The notes under the pieces are model-generated. The model was not told where the DNA came from and did no database searches. It worked only from the letters and a program-made list of their open reading frames with translations. Both the position numbers and the translations under genes were made by a program. From Trichoplax adhaerens (lineage: Eukaryota; Animalia; Placozoa): a DNA stretch of 64,000 nt. Position 1 is the stretch's first letter; each line of letters begins with the position of its first letter. Below are positions 12,801-25,900 of the stretch, piece after piece. The stretch covers positions 257,366 through 321,365 of the forward strand of contig NW_002060968.1 of assembly GCF_000150275.1 (NCBI RefSeq), given 5' to 3'.

Positions 12801-15800
12801 AACGTAAACTGTTTATGTTACACTCATTAATCATTAATTATAATATAATTGGAGTAGAACTAGGTATGGAGAGAAATATGAAGTTAATTGCTATCGATGA
12901 CATTCATGCTACTACCGTATTCTAGCGACAGTAGTTGTTGATGGAAAGAAAGAACAAAAACATGAGTGTGGTATATTAGTGAGTTTGAATTTTCAGATCC
13001 GATTAAGGTTCAATTATTCGGTATGTTCCTTTTAACTTTAAAATGAGTGAAGTGGTCCAAGTAGATGCCGTATCTTAATAAAATTATTTCATAATTTTCA
13101 TAATAAAGCAAGAATCAATAACCAGAAAATTCTATCGTCTCTCAGATTATAGCTAACTTGCCAATCAAAGTAATGAGTATAGCATTAGCCTTAACGATTA
13201 GTTTACTCAAACAAGCTATGTTTTATGTTATTATTATGAAATGAGATTTTCGTTCGTTGTATCGATACAGTTTCTATATTCTAAGGTAACTATAACTTTA
13301 ACTTATTCTGTTTGACTATAGTAGCACAGGAATAAAATTTATAGTATGCACGTTAGTAGAAGAATTTATAGATGAAATAGTTGCCTGAATGCATTTCTTA
13401 CAAGTTATCATTTGTTGTGCATTGTTTATCGGCAGTTATCTTATTTGCAAGAATGTTATCGTATTCGTTAGTATTTGTAATATGCCGTTAGCAAACCGTT
13501 AGCTTTGTTCAACTATATAACGGTACAGTTATAGCTATAAAAGTTTAGTTCAATACTCTAGCTTTACTCGACTCTTGTAGAAGATTTCTAGCAAATCTTC
13601 CTTGTTACAAAGTAGAAGAGTTTCGGAAAAGTAACGGTTATGCTAACATTTTAATGAAATTGTTGATGTAAATTAGGTATTTATTGGAACGTAAAAGGTG
13701 AAAATATATTGGATGAAAAATTGTTCGAGTAGTGCTGAAATCAAGAAATTACCTGGTGATCGTGTAGAACGATGGATGACTGTTGGATTGATTGTAAGTT
13801 GCTGATGAAGAATATTGGCTATTTTTGATGCGACAATCTCATCCCCTTTTTCTTCCAATAACAGTAAATTATTACATTTATCAATTTCTTTCGTGGAATA
13901 GAGGATTTGAGGGTGATTTTCTTCATAGAGATTGCGTAGACTATCGATGGATTTTCGATAGTATAAGATTGCTTGGAGATAATTAGACTGTCGGCGACAG
14001 ACTGCGGCTAGTTTTTGATAACATTGCGCAGTCTGAGGATGATTCTCGCCTAATGTTACTAAATAAACTTGCAATGCCTTGTTATATAGAGATAGAGCAT
14101 CATCGAGTTTTCTTTGCTTACAATAGGTAAATCCAATATTAATATACGTTGAAGCAATATTTGGATGATTTTCGCCAAATTCTGCTAGATAAATCTTTAA
14201 TGATTTGTTGTACATTAATAGAGCGTCTTCACACTTGCCTTTTACCATATAGATAGCTCCAATATTGTTGTAGGTTGCAGCAATGCTTGGATGATTATCA
14301 CCAAGTTGTGCTAGTTCAATTTGCAATGCATTGTTAAGCATTAATAGAGCGTCATTATGCTTTTTTTGATGATCATAGACAGCTGCAATGTTGTTATATG
14401 TAGTAGCAATAGTCGGATGATTCTCACCAAGTTGTTGTAGTTGAATCTTAAGTGATTTGTTATGCATTAATAGAGCGTCATCATAATTTTTTTGGCTATC
14501 ATAAACCAATCCAATTTTGTTATACGTTGAAGCAACTTTAGGATGATTATCACCTAATTGTGCTAGTTCGATCTTGAGCGATTTGTTATACAGTGATAGA
14601 GCATCCTCATATTTGCCTTGATTATAATAAACAAGTCCCATGTTACCGTAGATGAAAGCAAGACTCGGATGATTTTCACCCTGTTTTGGTAGTTTAATTT
14701 TCAGTGATTCTTTCAATATAGATAGAGCGTCATCGTACTTACTTTGCTTATTGTAGACTAGTGCAATGTTGTTATATGTTACAGCAACATTGAGATGATT
14801 TTCACCAAGCTGTGCTAGTTCTATCTTCAGTGATTTGTTATGCATTAATAAAGCATCGTTGTACTTGCCTTGTTCGTAATACACTTGTCCAATATTGCTA
14901 TATGTAATGGCAATTTTGGGATGATTTTCACCAAATTGGACTATTTCAATGTTTAATGATTTGTTATACATTAATACAGCGTCATTATATTTGCCCTGAT
15001 GGTTGTAGATATTCGCAATTTTCTTATAGGTTGTAGCAACATAACGATGATTTTCACCAAGTTGTATTAATGTAATCTTGAGTGATTTGTTTAATATTGC
15101 TAGAGCGTCATTATACTTGCCTTGATTCGTATAAACTTGTCCAATCTTGTCATATGCTTTAGCAATATTTGGATGATTCTCACCAAAATGCTTTAGTCGA
15201 ATCCCGAGCGATGTGTTATACATTGCGAGAGCGTTATCGTACTTGCCTTGATCAATATAGACATCTCCAATGTTGCAATAGGTTATAGCAGTGTGCGGAT
15301 GGTTGTCATCAAGCTGAACTATTTGAATTTTTAATGCTTTATGATGCATTGATAAAGCGTCCTCATACTTGCCTTGATTACTATAAACAAGTCCAATACT
15401 GCTATACATTACGGCAGTATTTGGATGTCTGTCACCAAATTTTGCTATTTGAATCTTCAATGATTTGTTATACATTGATAGTGCTGCATCATACTTGCCT
15501 TGATGATTATAAACTGCTCCAATGTTGCTATATGTTGTAGCAATAGCTGGATTATTGTCACCCAGCTGTGCTCGATCAATCTCCAATGATTTGTTATACA
15601 TTAATAGAGCGTCATCATATTTGTCTTGCCTACTATAGACTTGTGCAATGTTGTAGTATGCTAAAGCCATTTTTGGATGATGATCACCAAGTTGTTCTAA
15701 TCGAATCTTCATTGATTTTTTATACATTGATAGAGCCTCATCATACTTACTTTGTTCATAATAGATATCTCCAATGGAGTTATACGAGTAAGCGACATTG

Positions 15801-16216
15801 ATATCTTGACTCCCTAAACAATTTAATTTCATTTCAAGTGACTTATTAAATTCGGTTAAAGCTCCTTCGAAATCACCTTGCAATCGTTTAATGAAGCCCT
15901 GATGATCTAAACACTTTGAAATTTTCTCTTCATTTTGTAGTTGCTTGGCTATTTTCTCTGCTTTCCTGCTCCATTCATCGATTTTTATTAATTCATGCAG
16001 ATGTTCATAACATTTAGCTATATTAAGATAAATATCACATTCAAGATGACGAAGACTATGATCGTTACTCTCGGATATCAATTGAATTTCGGTTGCAGCT
16101 TCCATGAAATAAGATAGCGCTTGTTTATAATTGCCTTCTTTTCGACATTTCACACCCTTTTGGTTTATGGATTTGGCTTCGTTCAGGACATTCACACTAG
16201 TCGACGTACTCGCCAT
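6845..16216 (-). CDS. Roco-family receptor copy A: TPR array - Death - Roc - COR - CxxC/CxxC - basic segment - Death (~1852 aa, 8 exons)
   Basis: Exons 16216-13753 (TPR), 11753-11709, 11325-11236, 10975-10664 (death domain IANGIGDKWINLAIHLGIS), 10572-10513, 10178-7992 (Roc-COR), 7732-7589, 7101-6845 (death domain IADRIGIDWTKLAAILG...LRRIGRNDIA). All introns are GT-AG phase 1, the total of 5559 nt is open, and every exon has a counterpart in copy B. Roc motifs: G1 GPESVGKT, G3 DFGGQAVYHVTHRPFLS, G4 VILVASHGD. COR motifs: IPIRW, LLYLHDIGDIVY, YFIPYLL, PDGIFYCLL. Confidence 0.85.
7992..10178 (-). CDS. Roc-COR exon of copy A (729 codons)
   Basis: The acceptor aatttag|CT ATC AAT extends the ORF upstream to give KIIFAGPESVGKTT. 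DFGGQ and ASHGD motifs, COR motifs and C-terminal RCNEC...RCVLC are present. Donor TACG|gtgggt. Confidence 0.9.
13753..16216 (-). repeat. TPR exon of Roco copy A: 15 core 42-aa (126-nt) TPR units plus caps
   Basis: Periodic GKYxDALxMYNKSLKIxLxQLGDNHPxIAxTYxNIGxVYxxQ units in ORF 13673..16216. The exon ends at a CCAG|gtaatt donor that is conserved in copy B (CCAG|gtgatt). Confidence 0.92.
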
Positions 16217-17026
16217 ATTTCAGTTTATAGCAGGACCGAAAGCATTTACTCTGATAAAATAGACAATAACACTCTACCAGAAACAAATTTTAATTGTAAT
16301 AGCAGTACGAAAGATCAGTACAATCGCTTGTTTAAAGTTATTCAACTGTCAATATACCGTATATCGACATCAACGTAATTACCGCAATAAAGTCTAGGTA
16401 GCATTTTATTCTAGAGTTTGTATATATAGTATTTTACATACATATAAAGATAAATGGAATTACACTACAACTTGACAACGAAATAGCCATCAATCTCTGA
16501 ATTCTGTATCCTTCAATTAATCAGTAATTTTTATGATATGAAAATTACCTTCTGTAGTAATTGCAATAAGAGAAATAGAAAATAAAATTTTCCTTTACTA
16601 TAGTAATTTAAATTACAAATACTGTATGATGTTATTTTCTAAGCGGGGATAATGGTGCTTTTGGTGAGATCTTTGTAAAGATTGTATATTTACTGCGGTA
16701 TATCATCAAAGAAAGACCAAGAATAATTAAGACTGTTGGATAAATATTATATAGTCTTTGTTGTACAGTAATCGTTATTGTGGAAAATGGATGCAAGATT
16801 ATAAAAGTGAGGGCGACGTAATAGAGTCAGATTGCTATAATACTGTTGACTATTCACATTCTCAGTTAATATCAAAAATCACTCAACCGTCTTAGTAAGA
16901 AAGGGATACTTTATTGTAGTTTATAATGGCCAAACTCCCTCCCAGAAAAATTCCCGGCTTTTATACCCTCGATAGCAGATTATACCATAGAGGGCCTGCA
17001 GAATCTACAGTAAGTCTTCCTAATGC

Positions 17027-17282
17027 TTGCAAGCCTTGATCATGCAGGTTCTTCCTTATAGTCCTAATATAGCTATTATATGTCATAGATACTGCACAAA
17101 TCGTAGTAGCACCTTCTAAATGTTATTACAAGCAGTGGTATAATTCTGCAAGTCTAACCATAAAGGTTCTCCCTTATGTTCCTAAAATAGCTATTCTGTT
17201 TGCTGTGTTACAGTTGCTGCACTAATCTTAGCATTTTTAAAATGTGAGTTAAACTGACAGTTCAAGCAGAGGTATAAGTCTG
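17027..17282. repeat. Diverged two-copy tandem repeat (~120-135 bp)
   Basis: ggttcttccttatagtcctaatatagctatt...ctgcac...caagcagtggtataattctg recurs as ggttctcccttatgttcctaaaatagctatt...ctgcac...caagcagaggtataagtctg. Confidence 0.55.
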
Positions 17283-17599
17283 TTTATACAGGCTGGATGT
17301 ACTAGTATATGTAAAATTCGGTAGTTATGGTTGAGCAACATGTAAGCTATCGTAAGATAATGAAAGAATATCAGAACTGCTAAGATTATAGAAATCAATT
17401 CGACACATACTATAACAGTCGATGAAATGGAAAATGATTGATTTTAAGATATTGCGAAAGTTGTTGGCTTTATAGATAACTAAGTATGACAAAGTACATT
17501 AACATCTAGTGCCTGGCAATTGTAAGTAATAGTTAAGAATGAATCACAAATTGCTCATGTTCTAAAATACGCTAGTAATGCAATACAATCTCAATACAC

Positions 17600-19370
17600 T
17601 ATACTTGTTTATTAAAGTAAACCACATAATTTTCATGCATCTGTTGGAATCATACCATTCTACGAATCTTTTCTTATCTAATCATAAATGTTGCCACATC
17701 CGTCTACATGTTGCATTTATTTACCTTTAGTACTCGCTTTGCAATATATTTCACAGACCCTAAATGTAATACTAACTTAGTTGAATCAATTTTAGGGTAT
17801 TTTTGTACTGATCAAAGTATTGAGAGATTTACCTACCCTGAGAAACATCATCAAACTTGTTGATGGCCTTAAAAAAACGTTATGGAACAATTGACAGTGT
17901 TGTAATTTAGATTAAGATTGTTTACTCTATTTATTAGTTAGTATCGATCAACGATTACAGACTCTCTAGTATTAGAAGATTCCATGATTACAACCTTTAT
18001 GAAAGAATCGAAGAAATTGTCTGTTAAATTGAAAATTCCGAGAGACCTCCTATCTGATCATTTAACCACATCATAAAAATTAAATTATTATGATAGCCCA
18101 TTAACTCATGATACGTATGTACTGTAAGTGTAAGTCAGAAATTAAGATAATGATGGAAGTAAATTAATATTTTATTATTTTATGTATTAATAGTACCGTA
18201 GTGGTTTTACTAATATTAAAAATGTTGATTAGGGAAAAGAAATCGTACAAATGTGCTGATTAATATTCCATCAAGAAATAACTTCATCGAAGAAATGTCT
18301 TCAGAATTGATTTTGATAATTACCGTATTTGACATTTCTCTATAGATGACACTCTTTTATTTTATAAGTACCAGGATGATGCACGATGCTTTACTAATTT
18401 GAAACTTCTCGTCATTTGTCAAAGATGCGTGCTCGTTTCAAGATTGCTGTGCTCTAGCTTAATTTTTATGACTGTCAATCATCGATGTTAATTATCCTTA
18501 CATAGCTGCCCAAATGTTATATTAACTGGTTTTCTATCCTGGTCGATTACAACAATATCAATGGTATGAATGATATTAAATAGTGTAATAACATATAAAT
18601 AATATTTCCAAATAGGAATAGACAATGTGATCCATGATATAGTAGATGCTATTGACTTCCAGTGTTAGTTCAGTTTTCATAGCAGCTATCATCAACACTT
18701 ATAATCTTGCTGTTTAGACTCTGTCTGATTTTGCATAAAACTTTCATAAATTACGATTGTATGATTCAATTTCGGTGTTCAATCTTCAGGTGGATCGATA
18801 TTATTACTAATTAGGGTCTTTCAGTAGAAGAATTTCTAAAAATATGTAAGATCTCGCTTACTTCACTTCACTTCAATTTGATCAGTTTGCTAGAATTTGC
18901 AAAACACCATCTTATCTCACAACAAGAATAGCCGAAGTTGTTTACGTCCTTTTCCAGTTCTTTTAACTTTCAGAACTAATAACCTGATTACCACCAAAGC
19001 AACGTCAGTTTCTTCGAACAGACAGATGGTTTCGTCCTCATTTTTGTTTAGTAAATGGCCTACCTACGCTAATTTGATTTTTAAACTATTCTGTCGCTTT
19101 AAACGCGTTTCGTGTTATCATATTTGGAAGTCAATTTTTGCCACGTTCAAAATATTGAAGTGATCAGATTTACCAACTTCTTAATATCTTTCACAAAGTA
19201 TAATGTCAGTTTCACCAGAGGCGTGCTTAATCTCTATACATGCACTCATAATAGATGTTGTATCAGCTATTTCATGATTAGCAACAACGATTTGGTGAAA
19301 TCATTGCAGCATTTGACTAGCAGTAATAATTCATTTTAAGCTAATAAATATTCTTTATCATTGATAATTA
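17600..19370 (-). pseudogene. Decayed Roc-COR exon (third Roco copy)
   Basis: 19370-19250 reads INDKEYLLA*NELLLLVKCCNDFTK(fs)IVVANHEIADTTSIM versus the intact INDKEYIKAYNEALQDGQCRNDFTKIIFAGPESVGKTTIM. 18660-18580 reads GSQ*HLLYHGSHCLFLFGNIIYML versus GGQAVYHVTHRPFLSGNSIYIL. Stops and frameshifts are present. Homology below ~18300 is weaker, so the left boundary is approximate. Confidence 0.75.
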
Positions 19371-19927
19371 ATGTTACAAAACACAGGTAAAGTTATTAAA
19401 CAGGAACACTATAACGAATATCATGATATTATCTAGACAAACATTTTATACGTATTTACTAGTAGCTTGCAGTACTCCGAGTATGTAGCAATTCTTAAGT
19501 AATTTTTTGGTTAGTAATGTTAGTACAAAATTAATTATTACATATTGAGCAGTAAATATTGATAATTACTTATGCAGGATTAGTAACCTCTACATAATAT
19601 TTAGACTGTATTAAGAAATTAGTATCTGTATTATTAACTATTCTATCAAACCATGTATTCCGGTATGATGTTAATATCATATAGATGTTGTGCAATCACA
19701 TATTACACTCAATGGTTGATATAGAAATTACTAATGAAAAATTATGTTACTAAATTACTGTTGATGGTATTAAAATAGGGTATAAAAGTCGCGAAAATGT
19801 GCAAATGACTTTTAAGTTTTTGATTAACCACAGACACAATTAATAATAGGTACTGTAATCAATTTTTGTTAAAAAATATAACAATTGTAGTGAAAAATGC
19901 TTTATAATATAGTAATATGTACCAATT

Positions 19928-22900
19928 CTAAGTAGAACTAATAGCCAAAACAATATCATTTCGACCTATTCGTTCTAAAGCTGCCTTAAGTTGATCAACA
20001 TTAACATTTGGAAAATTTCTGTCATACCAAGTATCCAAAAATTTCATAGCTCGGTCGAAAATTCTATTATCTTGTTCTTTGATAACATCAACATCAATAG
20101 ATCGATCTAATCTTGCAGCTAATCTCGTCCAATCGAGACCGATTCTATTTGCAATTTGGAAGAAGTGATACTTGGAGTCTGTAGCATTACATTAACATTG
20201 TAAATAAATTACAATGAAAATAATGAAGCAAGGATATAGTTAAGTGAAACTTGTAATGATTTTAAAGTTATGATTTGTCAATACAAGAGCTTTGTTATAT
20301 TTATCGATTACGAACTAGTAAATTTAGAATTGAACTGATGTACATTAAACACAAAAAATAGCCGGAAGCATGTGCAGACTGGTTGGCTAATGTTGCTACT
20401 GTTTTTGTTAAAGATGAAAATATTAAATAACTTGTACTTTCTAATTTATTTCGATAGTTAAATTCATCTTAATGAAGTTCTAACTTTGTTTTTGTCTACT
20501 TTAAGATATAAACACGGGCACATCTATATCAGCTAGACGTTTATTACATATATCTTACACTCACCTTTTCTACTTGCCATTCTTTTCTTTTTATCAGCAT
20601 TTCGATCATGTGTCAATTCTGATTTACACGATCCTTTACGTTTTCCAAAGCGATTGATATCTGGTCTTTCTGCGAAATAATTATAGGACAGTTTTGTTAC
20701 CTTGTCAGCTACGACAATTATTATTATTTAAAGAGATTACGCAGTTAATTTGAAGAGTAAATGCCGTAATCGATACTGTTAGAAAATAGATACTATTAAC
20801 AAGATCGCGAATTCATCACTAAAGCAAGTAAATGTTATACTTATTGGAACATGGTATAATTTACTTTTATTTACTTTATTGCTAATTTACTTGACAAATA
20901 CACTATTTAAATTGAGATGCATTTTAGCTTCTTCATCAAGTAATATCTAGTCTATATCTTTACCCACCGTATGTATTTGTTAATCTTTCCTTTCTAAGAA
21001 GCATCCAGTCACGTGTAGGCTTCGATTTAAAAAATTTCTCACATAAAACACAACGAATAATATCTACACTATCCGCGAAATAACTATCCACTATTTCTGT
21101 CATCTTACTACATTCATTACATCTAACATAAAATCTGCTTTGTGCTGATTTAAACTTTGGCATTCTTTCATTAATTGTCTCGTTTAGTTTATCTCTAATT
21201 ATTATATGTGGTTGTATCTTACTAATCCAACTACCGATATTATTCTCAATCCTAGACGCAATTTCTTTCGGATATTTCTGATAGCAATAGAGTAAGCTAA
21301 TACGAGATTCTTCTTTCTTAACAACAATCTGACATTGATAATCAGGTATGTAGTATTTAGCACATCGATAATAAACTTTTACTCTTGAGTTATTCCACAC
21401 TTTTAAACAAGCCGATAAAAGGCAATAAAATATACCGTCAGGAATATACGGTATAACTTTTTCGTCGTATCCAATGTATAGCCAATCTGATACACGATAA
21501 TCTGTTAGATCTAACGTACCAACAGATGAATTAAGTAGATAAGGTATAAAATATTGCTGGTGACATTCTTTGTTATCAAGACTATCATGTTGATCCTCAA
21601 TTTTACAGATAATATTATAACTATCCATTAATTGTAACACGAAATCTTTCTCTTTCTTTTTCAATTCGAAATCTACTACAATATTATCAATGTACGCTTC
21701 AGATATTTTTCCAGTCTGATAAGCTTGATTATAAGATTCTCTTACATTAGCACTCTTATATTCGCGTTTATCGAGTTTAATAATCGATCGAAATATATTG
21801 AGTAGCCAATCGAGATTAGTTACAATCATTTCTTCTACGCCTTTTTTACGACAATATACAATATCGCCTATATCATGTAAGTATAATAACATACTACGCA
21901 ATTTCTCATCGTTTTCATATAACTCGCAATCTATAGCTAACTGCTTTACTTCTTCCAATGTCATAATATTATGAATTCTATTAATAATACGATTAAACTG
22001 TGTTGTTGATGCGGCTTGTCTGCTTATGTCATTAACTGATGTATGCAATATAGATGCCATAATATACCATCGAATCGGAATCGATTTTTTCATAAAAGGT
22101 AAACTAGACACGATTCGCTTTATTAATTCATGTAACTGTAACGTAGTCTGTCGACGTTGCTCGATAGCCGCTGAAGATTTATCATCGGGATCGCAATGAA
22201 ATATGATGTCTGAAAAGCATATATTAGATTTATAGATAGGCATTGTTGCAATAATAGAATTCTCAAACGTCTTAAATCTACGTTGACGCTCTTGACAATC
22301 TTGTATTCGATCGCCATGAGATGCTACTAAGATGACAACTGGTAAAGAATATTGTTGCAATTTACCATCAATTTCTACTTGGACAGTCTCATCGCCATCA
22401 TGGCTACCAATAATCGATGTAAGCCATTCTTGCATAGCATATCGATAAGTCATATTAGTTGGGTTTCCTTCTCTATCAATAACAAAGTCATCGAAATCAC
22501 GAGTAATATTAAAAACTAAAATATAGATACTATTTCCAGATAGAAATGGACGATGCGTAACATGATAGACAGCTTGACCTCCGAAATCGACTAATTTACC
22601 ATATTGATTATCGTCATCTACTATTTCGCCTTTCATATCGATTATAGATCGCATAAAATCTTCGTACATTAAGATTTTGTGGATTTTTTGTGTTATTGAG
22701 ACAGTAGATACAAGAGTATCGATAGCCATAGGTCGATTATCGCTAATTACCGACTTTATTTTATCAGTGCTAATAAATGTGTCTGTTTCTATCGTCTGTA
22801 TTTGACGATCTACTTTACTAACTTGGATATCTGGGTTGATATTAGGTACAATATTCAGTTTTGTCTTGAATTTTTGTATAGCTGCTAACACTTTCCTATA

Positions 22901-25900
22901 CAATACTATCTGAAAGTGATAAATCTTCTTGTCTAAGATATTGTATACAATAAGATTAACATATCTTCCGGTGTCGTCGATAATCTCAGTTTGGCTTACG
23001 CTAATAATTATTCCTTGATTTGTAAATACGTTCATAATAGTCGTTTTACCCACACTTTCAGGACCGGCAAAGATAATTTTAGTAAAATCATTACGACATT
23101 GTCCATCTTGCAGCGCTTCATTATAAGCTTTAATGTATTCTTTATCATTGATAGCTAAATTAATATTAATTGATCAAATTATTAACCACGATAGAAATAT
23201 TTCCCAAAGTATAGTATTATTATGACCTATAAACCGTAAATAGTAATAAAAGTAGAGAGAGAGAGTGTAGTTAAAATTTCCTCACCTTCAGTATATGTGG
23301 AATTTTCACTTTTCAAATCCGTGTTTTCAATCTTGAGACTACCATCTATTTAATAATTAATTAGTGAATGTAAATAAAATCTTGCGACTCACATCATTCA
23401 ATAAATTAATTAATGCAGCATTTACCCTGTAAAATTTTCATCACATAACTCGATAATAATGGATTCGATTGGGCTTTCAGTAAGATATCGTTAAGATTCT
23501 TTGTTATTTTGTATAGTTTTAGATTAAAGAGGCTGGTTATTAATATTACCAAGTGGTTTTGGGATAGATTTTTCTTAAGCCAAAAATGCAGTATTTTGAT
23601 GGCTAAAACCGAACTAGGACTTGGATGATGACATTGCTCGATATATTGGATATCATCATTAGAAATGCCTAAATCGATTGATAAGTTTATCCACTTGTCT
23701 CCAATTTCGTTCGCAATAGTCGAATAACATTTCTCTATAGTGGAAGTTACAACATAATCCAAAATGGGTATTACGGTAATGTTAAATAGTATATGTGATA
23801 TAAATATATTTATTTACGGATTGAGTTTGTGTAGATCAGTAGTCGATTACTACATATTATGAATGCTATTAATTTTCACAAATGTTTACTGTTAATTATT
23901 ATCATTAGACTTTGGTATTAATTTACAGTATTATAAATGTTACTGATAATGCCTTTCGATCAATTTTACTATTAATTACTAACCGTTAAAAATTTCTATT
24001 GCCTCTTTTTCTTTGTTGATATCCACATTAGTCGAGTTATCTCCAGCTTTCTTGTCATTTTGTTCAAATTCTACTGTAATACATATTTGAAATTTTAAGC
24101 AAATTACTCCAACATATATATATTTCAGACTATGAAATACGAACATATGCATGGTTGTTTTACTTGTGTATCATTTCGAACATATAAATGATAGCTGACG
24201 ACTTGAAAATAGTAATATTGCTGTTATATCATTACTATAACTCACTACTATACATTTATCAAGATGGTATTGACTTGAATTTTATTTCAAGATCATCCAT
24301 TTTTACTGGCAAGAATTATTTTAAGTCTTATATTTTGGTATGAATGATTTAATAAACAGAGCTACATCATTATATTTTACAACGTTACATCGATATTCAA
24401 TATATTGTATAGACTACCATAACCTTGATTATTACTTTGCCTCGAGTGCTGTCCTTGGTATTTCAAATCTAGAGATAAAGATAAAGTATTATATCATAGT
24501 TCGAGCAACATATTAGAATAGTCTGACAGTTCTATTTCCAGACAAGATTTCTACTGATATTGTGCTACATTAACGTTCATTTTTTTGAATAACAAGTATT
24601 GTTAGCCAACTAGCTGGTAATATTTGATGTAAGTTATTTTCTGTGTCGGGTATGGTCTAAATTACTTGGATTTGTTTCGTTTAAGTGATATGGTGTATAA
24701 CTTAATAATAAAAAATACATTGGAGAAGAAAATTGTATTATAGATATTTTCCTAGTCTTTGCCCATGCTATTCTTATCTTGAATAATAATTATTTAAAAC
24801 ATGAACAGTTACAGTTACAGATGGAATCATACTGACTCATTTTGTGTAAATGTCGATTTCTGCAACGTGATATTGCTTTAGTGTTTGTAGTATTGGAATG
24901 AAATCTCTTTATTATATTGAGTAAAGGGTGGAGTTCTAACAAAATTATTTCTTCTGTATGCAACAGTCTAAAAATAGTAGAATTTATTGCAATGTAATGA
25001 TATTATGATACAAAAAATTGTATGGCTACTTGGAGTTAAACATAACGTTCATTGGCGAAAATATTCCACTAACTTATGTGTGTTGGATTTATTGCTGGTT
25101 AAATGAGCTATTTTAATTTATTAGTTGATCAGTAATATTGATGTCTAGTTACAAAAGAATAATTAGAAGATACAAGTTCTAATTTTAAATTACCAATAAG
25201 AAAATGAACGTACATTATTTGTACTAGACGAAGTTTTATTGGAAATATTTTCCCCCTTTATACTATTGACTTATAGGTCAGAAAGAAATCTACAGTATGC
25301 AAGAACACAAACCAATTTGCAATATTAAAATTGTTTGGCTCGTAAATTGTTGATGTAGGGCGGCATTAACTTGTTGTATGGAAATATTACAAAGTATGTA
25401 GCATAATTCCTAATTGTATTATGAAAAGTATAACAGGAATTGTTCTGTATAAAAATTGAATAAATGAATGATAGTTCTCTTGTTAACCCAAATATTATAC
25501 TTGCCTGGATTAATCTATTTAAAAAAATTGATTTCTTGTGTTGTACTCATGAGTCGCTAATTTAGCATGAGATTATTTGTGACCTATTCTAATAACTATA
25601 GTAACGGCTGCTGACAGAAGGCAAGTATATGAACGTAGCCTCTTAATTAGTTGGAATTATCGATTCTACTTATTGCTTAATCATTTGTCGTATTTCTATT
25701 TACTTCCGTATAGGTAGCTTTGGTCCAAGACCATATCGCGTTTTGATAAACTGATTTCAATACTTTTATAATGCTGCAACAATCAGTAATAAAATATTTC
25801 TATCGTTACTCTGTTTTTACTATTAATTAGCCAATCGATTTAATGTGATATAAATAAAGCATTAAGTTTTATCGACTTGTCTACTCGAAGAAACTATGCT

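Noticed and set aside
15334-15801. Repetitive plus-strand ORFs (MICYTLI...)
   Set aside because: Antisense shadows of the TPR repeats.
13673-16216. TPR ORFs as stand-alone kinesin light chain / nephrocystin-3 genes
   Set aside because: There is no KLC heptad region. Both copies have a conserved donor at the same codon (SP G|gt), beyond which the ORFs are unrelated, and phase-matched downstream exons link them to the Roco modules.
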